This document shows, one piece after another, positions 48,526-60,283 of a stretch of DNA of 64,000 bases; position 1 is the first letter of the stretch, and every line of letters starts with the position of its first letter. Below the pieces are notes generated by a model, which did not search any database, was not told the DNA's origin, and saw nothing but the letters and a program-made list of their open reading frames with translations. This stretch comes from Raillietiella orientalis. Taxonomy: Eukaryota. The position numbers were made by a program, and so were the translations under genes. The DNA is taken from the NCBI GenBank assembly GCA_036172245.1, contig JAYWIR010000002.1, positions 2,852,001-2,916,000 on the forward strand, written 5' to 3'.

Positions 48526-51500
48526 AATTTTAAACAAAAAGATTACAGATTAGTCAAATTTAAATTTGATGTTAATCGCTCGTCAGCATTTGATGCATTG
48601 TTTTTTTCTTATGCGTTATATAAATTCCACCTAATTTCGTTGGTCCAACTATGTCGCTTATCCTTCTCGAATTGTCAGTTTTAGACATCAAAGAAAAGTA
48701 CAGAAAAGGGATAGGAAAAAAAAGTTATTTTTGTTATATAACAAATACACTCATAGCATGTGAAAGAAACAATCATAAAAAGGAAGCAAAATGATTAAAG
48801 GGGTCAATGAAACCTTAGTAAGATTACTTCAAAGTTCACAAAGGTGTCTGACACTGCAAAAAAAGAATCTGCAGTCCTTAAACTACACATATCTGAGTTA
48901 CATAGAAACTTTGATATCTGATTATTCAGCTAGAAATCATGCGTCATTCTCAACTTTGGCTGTTATTAGGCATGGAAACCTTCAATGAAGAATTTGATCT
49001 TTTAGAAATCTCATAAGGTATTTTATCTCTTTTCAATACTTGCACTCATGTTCGAGGATGAGAAAATGCATCATTTTTTACTTCTAATAATAATGATTTC
49101 GAGAAAAATGTCGCTGATGTAATTTACAGTGAGTGCATTATTTCCAAGTGAATGTTTATTTATCACCTTTGTCACGTAAGTACATATATATTTTACAGTT
49201 GTTTATAAATGAATGTTAGAAAAATAAGTTTCCAGTTTTTTCAGCAATTCTTTTGTAGTCAAGAAAATATCAAAAGTCATTTCATTTACCCATAAAAGCC
49301 CACACTAGTTATGCAAAAGGAGTTGGCAGCGTACGAAAATAAATACTATGGAGAGCAGTCTAAAGAGTATAGATTATTGTAGTTGTGTTTTCACCTTTAC
49401 AATCTTTATATTCGACCATTTTAAGCCCTTACGGAAATACTGCAATTTGCTTTTATTAAATAGCTTACTGTATGGCTGGATTTATATTCTAAGGTGCCGG
49501 ATGTTGTACTTGTTAATATTTTGACTGTCACATTCGTGAAACTCTTGAGAATCCTTCTCCTATCAAGAACTCTTACTTACTTCTTTTTGTATCCTTTACA
49601 ACTTATGAACAGAAATGCTACTGAAGTATACAAGAGGTGAGTGGACTTTAATATTGCATGCTTGCAGAAGTACTATGATTCATAGGGATATGTAATGTAA
49701 TAATAGCTCTTAGACATCTGAAATATTGCGAATAGAGATGCCATTCAAAGATTTATTATAACTCTGAATAGGTTTCTGCGTTTCGAGAGAACAAGGCTTT
49801 TGATCAATAATCTGAGATTTTGTTTAATCTATTCAAAATTAAGAGAAAAGCGGTGCTATTCTTTCTCCTTGAAGATCCGATTTCACGGTATTTGATCAGC
49901 TTCAAAAAAAAAGCAAAATTGTTTTGCCAAATTCTCTTGTTGCAAGAATAAGTAAGAATTGGAATCATATTTGCTGTGGGTAAGTGAGCACTCTTTTGCT
50001 TAGACTTCATTATTTTATCTTTTTTGCTTTCCAGCATCGCCTAATGAAGCAACTACTTATTGCGAAAGTACGTATATGGAATATTTCCGAGTTCTGCTTC
50101 CTTTGTTTGAAGAGTGTAGAACTTCTTTCAGTTGACCCATGCCTAATGAGCTCACAGCAACGTTGAGGAACTCATAGATTCATCACATTTTTGCTGAACA
50201 GCAAGTCTAGGCGCTGAATTTCTTTTTCAAGCCTTTTGTATATACGTTTTTGCATAAGAGAGTACATTCCAAATTCATAAATTTAAATTCTGTTGTACAG
50301 TTTGTATGGCATAGTGATTATCGCATATTAGTATATGTGATTTGTGAAAAGGGTATTAGTAAATAATATTTTAATTCTCTTTCAAATCTTTTTGTAGTTA
50401 TTATTGGAAAACATTATTGCCATATCGATATACTTCAAATAGATTAAAGTTGGTCTTGAATGTTTAATGGACAGTCTAACATCAGAATTTAATATTATGT
50501 ACGAGTTCCTGTAAACAGATACCTTTTTCTAACAGGAATTAATGAGAACCTTCCATTCTTTAGCTTGTACTATCTAGCGACTTTTTTAATAGTCCTTAAT
50601 TTGAGCGCGTGAAAATTGAGAACTACACCTGGATGAACCTTTCGCTGAAAACACACGAATTCCCTGCAAGAGATTGCATATCCATAGTTACTTGATGAGA
50701 TTTGCGAAAGAAAAATTGAGAATTCCTTTCTCTCTCGGAGCTGATTCCTGCTTTTACTTGATATACACAAAAATCCATTTTAATCAACTTTAGTGTTATT
50801 TCTTAATTGGCCAGAGGCTCTCATATGATCAAAGGGAAATTCCAACATTACAAAACAGTTTCTTATCCATCCGTTTGCCTCTAAATCTCAGTAACTTAAA
50901 ATATAGGAAGTACCCAGATATGTAACAGCATGCTACCATTTCTCATCTCGATATGAAACTCGTGTTCCGGGAACTCATTTTCATTTTCATGTTTTTTTTT
51001 TCTTTTTTCCCTACATTTCTTCTGATAATCTAGTTTTCCCAACTCATAACAAAACAAACAAAATTATAACAGACAAGCGATCTCATTTAGTTTACCGGTT
51101 TTCGCTCCATTCCGACAGACTGACTTTCAGAAGACATCTGCATCAGAGAAAACTCCATTGCTTTCCAATCAAATCCATTACAGAATCTGATCATCCATGA
51201 ATGGGATGCAGCATTAAGTTACACTCGGTACTTGCCTTTTCAAAATTTCATGTGTTTTCAGCAGAGGATTTCTATGCCACTATTAGTAAACCTTCTCGTG
51301 TGTAAGTAATGTAACAGGATATGTTGATTCCTATTAAATAATTGCTTTTAAGAATCAAACGAGCAGAAAAAGAACTTACCATGAATATTCTTTCCTCAAG
51401 ACTTTCAGTGCGACATTTAACTGGTTTCTTGTTCATTGTATTTCTCCTTGGACTACATCATTGTTTGAAATATCTTTCTTAAAGTGAAGTCCAACATTAT

Positions 51501-53626
51501 AGGTGGTAACTATTATTTGGAATTGGAGATCAGGAACATCTGAAGAAAACCCAAGACACTGAATCATAATGAAGTGTGGAGTGTTTTCAAATAAGTTCTA
51601 CAAGTATTCATTGGATGCAGGCTCCTCTCTCATAGCTATCCAAAAGTTTAGATGCTAAGGATTCAGTTTATTGTTGTTGTTTTATTTTATTTTTTTCCCC
51701 TCGTTATTTTCTTACTCATGCATTTCTGTTCTGCAAAGTGCGGTCAACATTTGAGTTGAACCTTTAAACTACTAAGAAGACGAACGAAACTATCACTTAT
51801 GGTTCTTTCACACAATTAGTTGATGCAAAATACAGACAATTTTTTTACAAGAGATCACTTTCAATTCGTAGTGATAGAATCAACATTACTCTAGAAGTTC
51901 AATTATATTAGATCTCTTTTTATTCATCGCTTTAAACATTCTGTCTAGGTCTCAAGCTCGGAATTTCTTTAACACTAGAATACCATGATTATTATGAAAT
52001 CTTTTTCTATTAACCTTATTGTTTACTTTTTCTTATTGAGCTTTTTTTTCAGTTGAAAATTTATAGCTTTCTGTTTCCTTGGATTCCATATATTCTCCAT
52101 ATATTTTAGATATGACCGCTGAGCAATATCATCCAGCCATGTCACTACTTCAGAAACTGCACTTGTGAGCTTGCTCTCTTTCACAGCTACATAGTTTTCA
52201 GCCTCATTCACAGCTTTGGTTTTCATTCTAATTTGTTCTCCAAGATGTTAAATGAATGCTCATAATTGCCATTGTCTCTTTTCATAAGTTTCCACTAAAG
52301 ACGAAGTTTGTTTGGGAATTTGTCTTTCTTTTATTTTTTCAAATTTAGCTATTTATCGTTTGATCTCCCATCACGTATCATCTTAACTTTTGAAATTCCG
52401 TAACTTGTCAAGTGCAGAACCATTATTTTATCATGTTCGAAACATGCAGGTGATTGCTGTTCCCGCTACATGCATCACTGCTTTTGATATCATTGTCTTC
52501 CCTTCTACTTTTTTGTTTTTTTCCCCTGAAGCAGAGAGAAAAAATTTTTCCTGAAGGCTGGGAGTCGAAAGTTTGTTTTCGGTATGTGAGCAAGATGTTA
52601 ATACAGCTGCAAGAAATATGAACTGCTTCCTACAACTTCCGGAAAAAGGAAAATGAACCAAAAACGTAGAAGCAGGCGGTTTTCAAAATGCTGATTGTAG
52701 AAAGTATTACTCTTCATACTGCTTTTATTTACATAATCAGCATGTCTTGAAATCGATCTCCTTGAGTGCAGCTTGAATCACATGTATCGATAAAAGCAGG
52801 TGAAGTTCTGAAAGAATAGATGAGGACAACACAACACCTAGAAATAATGAAATTGTTGAATAGTAGCCACTGAGTTAACAAGTAAATATGAAGATAGGCC
52901 GTAAGTTTATCAAAATAATAAATGCTAATTCCATCATTTCAATGATTACGTTTTAAATCCTGCATGAATTTCTTTGAACCTTGTCTTGAACGTTGTTAGT
53001 GTTTCGTCAGTTGAATGAGATCCTGCTGACTTTCCCTCAGAACAGTGGGACATGGAAAACTAAGGAATTGCACAATCTACGGTCTCTACTTTTTATGCAT
53101 TTAATTGGTACATTTTATTCACTTACAGTATATCATCCGCTATCGATCTTATCATTTCTCATGCTTCAGAAAGGTATCGTCTTGTACCTTGATTAACATC
53201 CAGTTCTGTAAAGGAGAGATCAATGAATTTCATGTCAAAGGTACAAAGAAATGAAAGAAATGAAAAAGCCTTTTTCAAGAAATGAAAGACCATATTGCAT
53301 TCAAGCATTAAATAGTATTGAAAGTAAAGTATTGATTCATCTTATTTAGAAGGACTCGGAAAATGGTAAGTGGACCTTGTTAGGTTTGAATTTCTTTTTT
53401 CAACAGGAGGATCTTTTGTTTTCGTTGTCTTTGAGGAGGAAATAAACGCATAGCTTGTGTAACACTTGATTTGTTAGGGCACTCGGTTTGAGGAGCACGC
53501 TTGATTAGAAGCACCAAATAGAGGTGTACGAGAAAATTTCGAGACCCAGTGCAATAATCGACCAGTCTAAGAGCTTTTGTGTCCAGTGTACATTCTCCGA
53601 TCACCAGGAGTATTCAGAATTGAGAA

Positions 53627-53730
53627 TTTTTTTTTTTTTTTTGCATCCACATAGCACTGCAGTCTTTTCAGCATGGGAATAGAACCTGCGATCTACAAAG
53701 GTAACAGCAGTTTGCTACAAGAAAGCTCTA
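53627..53730 (-). mobile_element. Possible degenerate tRNA-derived SINE remnant
   Basis: Minus strand AGATCGCAGGTTCTATTCCC (53675-53694) resembles a tRNA variable loop plus B-box, followed about 30 nt later by an A16 tail (53627-53642). The A-box match and spacing are poor. Confidence 0.25.
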
Positions 53731-54299
53731 TGATAAATCGTGAATTCCGTTAGAGCCGTACAGTAAGTTCTGAATTAGCAGCTCGTAGTAGTTTTTTAAA
53801 TCCGGTTGTGTTTGCTGAGTGTCTTTAAAAGTAAGTACAGTGCAGTACAACCTCATGATACTGCTTCCTGAATGGTACTTATCTCGTGTGCATGAAAGTC
53901 GGACAGGCTGTTTCGTTGTCAGATGCTTATTTTCGACAACGACAGACTGTCGTAGAGCATGTCAAAAAAATAGAAAGGCACCATTCGCAGATATCCCCCG
54001 AGTCTGGAAGAAATCCGTGATGGTTGAGTTGCTTTTGATAGTCAGTTTACACGCACATCATTTTAAAGTCTCCTTTCACTCAGAACTTCGGTTTGTCATC
54101 ATCATTTGAAGTCGGTTTCATGTGGGATTTTCATTTGCGTTGGGGGGCCCACGAAATTCATTTCTTTGTGCTGTTGCCCGTCGTTTAAATTACCGGTTGC
54201 AGTTTTCCACACCATACCATCCTCGTAAGACTGATCATTCCCATGGTGTTTAATTCGTAGCGGGTGAATATGGTTCGGTCTTTTTTTGTTACAGAGCAG

Positions 54300-54660
54300 G
54301 TAATCCAATAGCAGCCGCAAAATGCTTCGGAGCCGCGTGATCTTCAGTGTACGTTTCACGCGTTGCGCTTGCCAAAGTGTGGTCGGCCGTATCATATGGG
54401 GAGAACAATGAAGTGTTTTCTTTTCCTCGTCCTTTCAAAAAGTACTTCTGGAAACGGCCGGTCTTGTGATCTCGAAACAAATCTTGTCGTACTGCGATTT
54501 TTTTCCCCCCATCTTACGCGATGTGTCGTTCTTTGTATGTGGTAATTAATTATACGTAATGTGCGATACGTCAGAATTTTTACGTCCGTTTGCACTTAGT
54601 AATAAGTTCCACGTTTTTTGTCAATTCGGACGAACACTCCCACGCTAATTATCGGATCTG
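54300..54660 (+). promoter_or_regulatory. CpG-rich promoter or first-exon region upstream of DGCR8
   Basis: CpG cluster in AT-rich DNA with a donor GTG|GTAATT at 54541/54542. The DGCR8 ATG exon begins with an acceptor at 55815-55816. Confidence 0.45.
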
Positions 54661-55830
54661 TTGCAACTACACTGCACACATCAGCTTCCCTTGTTTAAGT
54701 ACCCAAAAGTACGGAGAAAATGACCCAGGTACAAATCTAAATTCAAGTATAAAAATGGGAAGCTGATTTTCTCAACATGCGAATTTTGATTATTTGAGAA
54801 ATGAAGAAAGCAAATGATAATATATGTACAAATTTGTTAATGACTGTATCATTTACAGTGTGTATTAAGTTTAGACCAACTTTTTAAAAATACGCCTTTC
54901 TCTTTTATAAGTGATTATGTTTGATAATTCCTTAGTTTTTCCGATTTGGGTATAGTAAACAGAAGAGTTCATCAGATATACAATGCATATCAGTATTGTT
55001 AAATATTGTGGGAAATTCATGAGTGCCATCTTGTTATAATTTAGAAAGGGATTGGATGGATTGCTGAACAAATATTTACCGATTGAATGGTTAGGTGGTG
55101 CTTTTATTATTTCGTGGTAATTGTAATAATTTGAGAAGCTCTGTGTTTCAATTTTCCAAAGGAACGTGTATTTTGAATGCATATGTGGGTCTTGTAGGGA
55201 TCATGTTAGAAAGTATGGAAAGCAAGTCGACAGATGCGAAATCGAAAGAGACTTTCATCTTAGAATTGAATTTTCATCTTGATTCTATTATCTTTTCACA
55301 GTTCAATTTTCTCAAAAAGTTTTTTTTCTTTGCCAGTTTTCTTTTGTCTTTATTTTATTTTTTATATGTGTATTCTTATGGAAAAATATATGTATTTTTT
55401 TTTTATAAAATGAAGCTAGTAGAGAGTTGGTTATTTAGGATGTGTTTTCAATTGAATCTTGCATGATTGGAGAATATTGGAATAGTACAGATTTGATTTT
55501 TGAAAACTATTGTCAGCATAGACTGAACAATAAACTGGTTTACGTTTCTCACTTTGAGCTTACTTGAAGTTTAATTTATCTTTCAAATAAGTAAAGAGAA
55601 GAATCATATTGCAAAAACACATAGCATTTCAGAAAGCTTTTTTCTTTTTGCTGTTTCTCCTTGATTTTATTTGTTAATTGAGGAAATATAAGTTTTGTTT
55701 TTGTTAAAATCACTGACGTGTTCACTGATTCGTTAGTTCTATTAATATAATAACAAAAGAAATTTTGTTGATAAATGATTTTGTTGATTCAATGTTAACA
55801 ACATTCTTTCCATCAGAAAAAATTCAAATT

Positions 55831-58800
55831 ATGGATTCTGATGCAAAGCTAGTCACATCTTGTCTTCCAAATAAATGCATCTCTCACGGTGAAAATTTTG
55901 ATAAGATGATAATACCTTTTGCTGCTGGCAACACAAAAATACAAGAATTTGAACCCAAATCCAAATCGCAAGAATGTGTTTCATCTAAGAGTTCTGACAG
56001 GATAGTTGAATCTAATGATCTGGAAGATATCAGTTCAGATTCTAGTTCACCTCGTGTTACTTTTGGTGGTCCCAACCATGATGATTTAGAAAGCATTAGC
56101 TCAGGGTCACAAATTCCTGAAAGTGGTGATGTTGAAGGTAACAATCTAGATCAATGTTATGAAACGATTGATTCAGATGTCGAAATTGTTGAAAGTGATT
56201 CAGTAGTTAATAGCAGTGATAATGTGGTGCCAAAAAAATGTGTTTTGAAGGAAGATTTGTTTGAAGAGATAAATTCATCAGAAAGTGGTAATTTTGACAA
56301 AAGTGATGATTTCTCTGATTTTCACAGTGATAGTGAAATGGTGCTAACAAACAATTTGGTTACTTCTGATGCTTCTGGCTTTAAAAGTTCCTTTTTAGAG
56401 TCAAAGCAAGTTCAAAGAATGAATGATATTGCAAATTTAAATTCGATAAAAAGTGATGCATGTAAGCAACAGAGCAGCATTGTTAATTCCTTTTCTAATG
56501 ATAATCCAGTTAGTATAAATCAAAGTGGTCGTTGTGAACCTGAATATTTGGCAAATAAATGCAGTGCTTCTGGGTCACATGTTACATATTTAAGTGGCAA
56601 TTTAAAATGTCACAACAATAATTGGATCAGTGAAGACACTCTTTTAAATTCTAGAGGTGAAAGAATTCAGACGGAGAATGCTGCTCATGATAATTTACGC
56701 ATCTTTGATATCCTGGATGAAGCAGGAGAAAGTGAAGAGGAAAGGATGGATTTATCTGAACAAGATTTTGAACAGAGTTCCAGTGATTCAGATATTCCAC
56801 AGGATGAAATTGATGCAATGCTTGAAGAAGGTATTTTGTTTGGACGCCTGTGAATCATTTATATGTTTCCTTTAGAAATTTTAGTAATTCGTTTTAATGA
56901 GAAGTTGTAGCACCTGTTTTGTTGTATCTTTAATTTTTTATAATATCTGTTCTTATTAGTTCTTTTTGTACATTCTCTACTTTGATTACAAGGATTTACA
57001 AATTCTAATGGATAGAATTTTATAAGTATTGTTCTCTATGATTATAGACACTGTTCTGTGTTAATTGGTGTCATCTGACTTAAGGTCTAGAAGATGTCTC
57101 CCCTATTCCACTTAAGAGAAAACGAACTGCTGAAAAAAAGGATGAAGAATTTGAAACAGAAACTCCAGAACCATGTTACACAACTGAGAAAGTTGTGTTG
57201 ATAGGTTTGTGGGTAATGATGTTGTGTTCCATGCTTTAGCAATTCTCAGAGAAAGGCTGCACTCCTTTTGATATTTTGCCTGAAGGGTGGATTCAGGTAA
57301 CCCATAATAGTGGTATGCCAGTTTATTTGCATAAGAACTCCAGAGTGTGCACCCTAGCACGTCCTTATTTCCTTGGTACAGGAAGTACCAGAGTAAGGGT
57401 TTAAATCATTATTGCTATGTGATGATTCCATTTTTAGAAGCATAATGTGCCATTGAGTGCTATTCCCTGTCTACAATACATCCGGGAACTAGAAAAAGAA
57501 GCCAATATGTCTGCATCGTCAGTTGCATCAAACAGTGGTGAACAATCCGATTTGCATAATGGAAAACAAGATAGCAAAGCAGCAAAACTTGAACAAAACG
57601 GTTCATTTTCAGTAACTGAAACAAATGATTCGTTAGATAAAAAAAATTCAGCCAAAATGGAGCTTCCTCAAGTACCAGGTATGTTTAATGGATTGAAGAT
57701 TATTCATTGATATCATTGTAGTGGAAGTCAAGACTGCTGCTGATCATCAAGCTGAGTGCTCACTGTCACCAGAAGAAGTGCGTCAGTATTGCAAAAATAG
57801 ATTTGTGTTTCAGACATTGCATCTTCGTAAATTTAAGTAGGTAAAACTTCATTGCACTTAAGATTTATTGCCTTAGGTCATGGCTAGAGAGACGAAAGTT
57901 TTATAAAATGCGCGAGAGGAAAGAAAGAACAAAAACAGTTTCTTTTCCAGCAGATACAAAAATAATAACTTTACCAGGTAGGTTTTTTGGACTCTTGGTT
58001 CATTAGATAATTTTTCAGTAGTGTTGCAAAGTGGCAATGGCTCCTTAAGTGAGAAAAAGAATCGCAAATGGATTTTGAACCCCCGTGGAAAGAGTCATGT
58101 GTGCATTCTACATGAATATGTGCAGCGCACTCTCAAGTCCCAAGTTACATACTGCTTCAATTCTACACGTAAAGTAGACTGCTGAGGTGGTATATTATTT
58201 ATCCTGCAGAAAATCCTAGTAAACCATATGATGCTACCATCAAGATCAATGATATCAAATATGGGACAGGTATGGGTAGCAGCAAAAGAGAAGCCAAGGC
58301 AGTTGCTGCAAAAGCGTCTTTGGAAATCTTAATTCCAAATTATAAAGATATCTTGGGATCTGACAGTGAAAGTTCTCGAGGATGTGCTTCCACCAGTGAT
58401 CTTTCAGTAAGATCCTCAGAGCAGTATCCACTATTTGAGTTCTTTGTAGTTGTTTGATCAAATTGCCATTGAGGATGTTAGAGTTCCTGAACTCTGCATG
58501 AAGACCAGTGAACCACTTCCATACAATGTGCTAGTCACCTGTCTGCAGCGTAATTTCTGCCCTCATATTGCTGATATCAAGAAACACATTCATGTGGAGA
58601 TGCGCACATTGCGTCATCAAAAAAATGAGTTTATCATGACTGTAGGAAAACATACAGCACAAGTGATGTGCAAGAACAAGAAAGAAGGAAAGCAACTTGC
58701 AGCTCAAGCCATCTTACAGGCACTTCATCCTCATATTGATAACTGGGGATCTTTGTTGCGTCTGTATGGTAAAGAGTCAGTGTGCTGGGGTGGAGCCAAA

Positions 58801-59051
58801 CATTTGGATCGGGAGATCACCAGTCTTCAGAGTCAAGGATCAGCCGAAAGGGGACCAAACCATGTTATTCTTGCTAAACTGCGTGAAGAAATGCTGTGGA
58901 TTAAACAGATGAAGGTAATAGGAAACGTAACTTGAGATAATCATTGGTGTTTTAGAATTCTTGCCTACCCATTGGTCAGTTCACTCTTCCAGACAGCATC
59001 AGTTTACCTAGCACAGGTGGCATGAATTTAGACAATGTCGATATTCTGTAA
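55831..59051 (+). CDS. DGCR8: Microprocessor subunit DGCR8/pasha
   Basis: Acidic Ser-rich N-terminal exon ending [12 protein letters not shown]/Rhed region [51 protein letters not shown] with the haem-ligand Cys. dsRBD1 [13 protein letters not shown]...[12 protein letters not shown]. dsRBD2 [34 protein letters not shown]-terminus PIGQF...LDNVDIL, then TAA. Confidence 0.97.
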
Positions 59052-59054
59052 TTG

Positions 59055-60283
59055 ATGTCACCAAAGATGGATGGGTTGGGGGTGGGGATGCATTCCAATA
59101 AACTGATTTGCTTTCAGTTTTCTTTTTCAGTATTATTTAAATTGGGGGGGAGATATAAATGCCCATTAGGCTTCTTTCAGCCTTGCAAGAGACAGATCTC
59201 GTGGGGAAATATCGTAGCACATCAGGCTTCTTTTGTTCAGTGGATAGCAGAATCCATTCCTGTTCAAACATCTCAGCAGCTGCTTATTTTACTTCATGAT
59301 GTCACTGGTTTGTCGTGGTGGCAAACAATTGCCATCAGCACTCTTGTTATCAAAGGAGCCCTTAGTTTTCCTTTGAAGATTGGCCAGGTATTGAATTTTT
59401 TCGAATGTCTCTAAGATTCTGTAGAAACTGTTAATTTTTTTTTAGTTACGTGTTTTGTCCAGGTATCAGTCCTTATGCCATAAATGGCAACAAAAAATCC
59501 CACAGTTGAGAGATGAAACCATAAAAGCAGCAAAGCAATTTGGATGGGATGACAGAAAGTCAAAGAGACACTTTTTACTTGCTGTAAACAGTTTGGTTCT
59601 TGTTTTTGAGAATTGCGAAATTCCCATTTAGATGCAACAGCTTCGTCATCAAGACATTATTGAAAGTAATTGTCATCCTGCGAAAGCCAGTATTCTGATA
59701 ATGTTGCAAGTCCCAGCATGGGTAGCATTTTCCTTTTCACTTCGGAACTTAGCTAGTGGTCTTGGAGGATATGACACTTGGCTAGAAATGACCACTGGTG
59801 GAGCACTCTGGTTTGTTAATTTGGTAGAAGCAGATCACTTCTACATATTGCCAATATCAGTTGGCATTTTGAATTTACTTATTATAGAGGTCAGTAATTG
59901 CTAGAAGTTGATGTAGCAGTGAATGCTTTTAGATGGAACTCCTTAAGCTTAGAACATTATCAGAAGTGCCACGTCTTTATAAGCTTTTCATGTTTACGGG
60001 TCGCATTTTCTGTGTGGCAATTGCTGCATTTGCATCTGTTTGTCCAGTGGTACGTATTTTAATATTTTTTTGAATGTTTATCTAAAGTTTCCATTATTGG
60101 CAGTGCATTGTCTTGTTTTGGAACATTTCAACAGCTGTTGCATTATTTCAAAATGCATTGCTCGTGTTTCCAAATGTTCAGCATGCTTTTGGAATTAAGT
60201 TACAATCGGATTTCACCAATTCATATAGAAATGAGTTGAAAAATTTATGCACATCTATTCATAAGTTTAAATGGAAGCATTAA
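59055..60283 (+). CDS. COX18: Mitochondrial insertase COX18 (Oxa1/YidC family); 5' end unresolved
   Basis: LHDVTGLSWWQTIAISTLVIKGALSFPL, NCHPAKASILIMLQVPAWVAFSFSLRNLA, TGGALWFVNLVEADHFYILPISVGILNLLIIE, CIVLFWNIST...QN. Four GT-AG introns of 43-58 nt. Stop is TAA at 60281-60283. Confidence 0.93.

Noticed and set aside
54760-54810. Candidate Drosha-substrate autoregulatory hairpin in the DGCR8 leader
   Set aside because: Only a stem of about 8 bp (TTTCTCAA/TTGAGAAA), far from the roughly 35-bp pri-miRNA-like stem required. A folding scan of the true 5' UTR would be needed.
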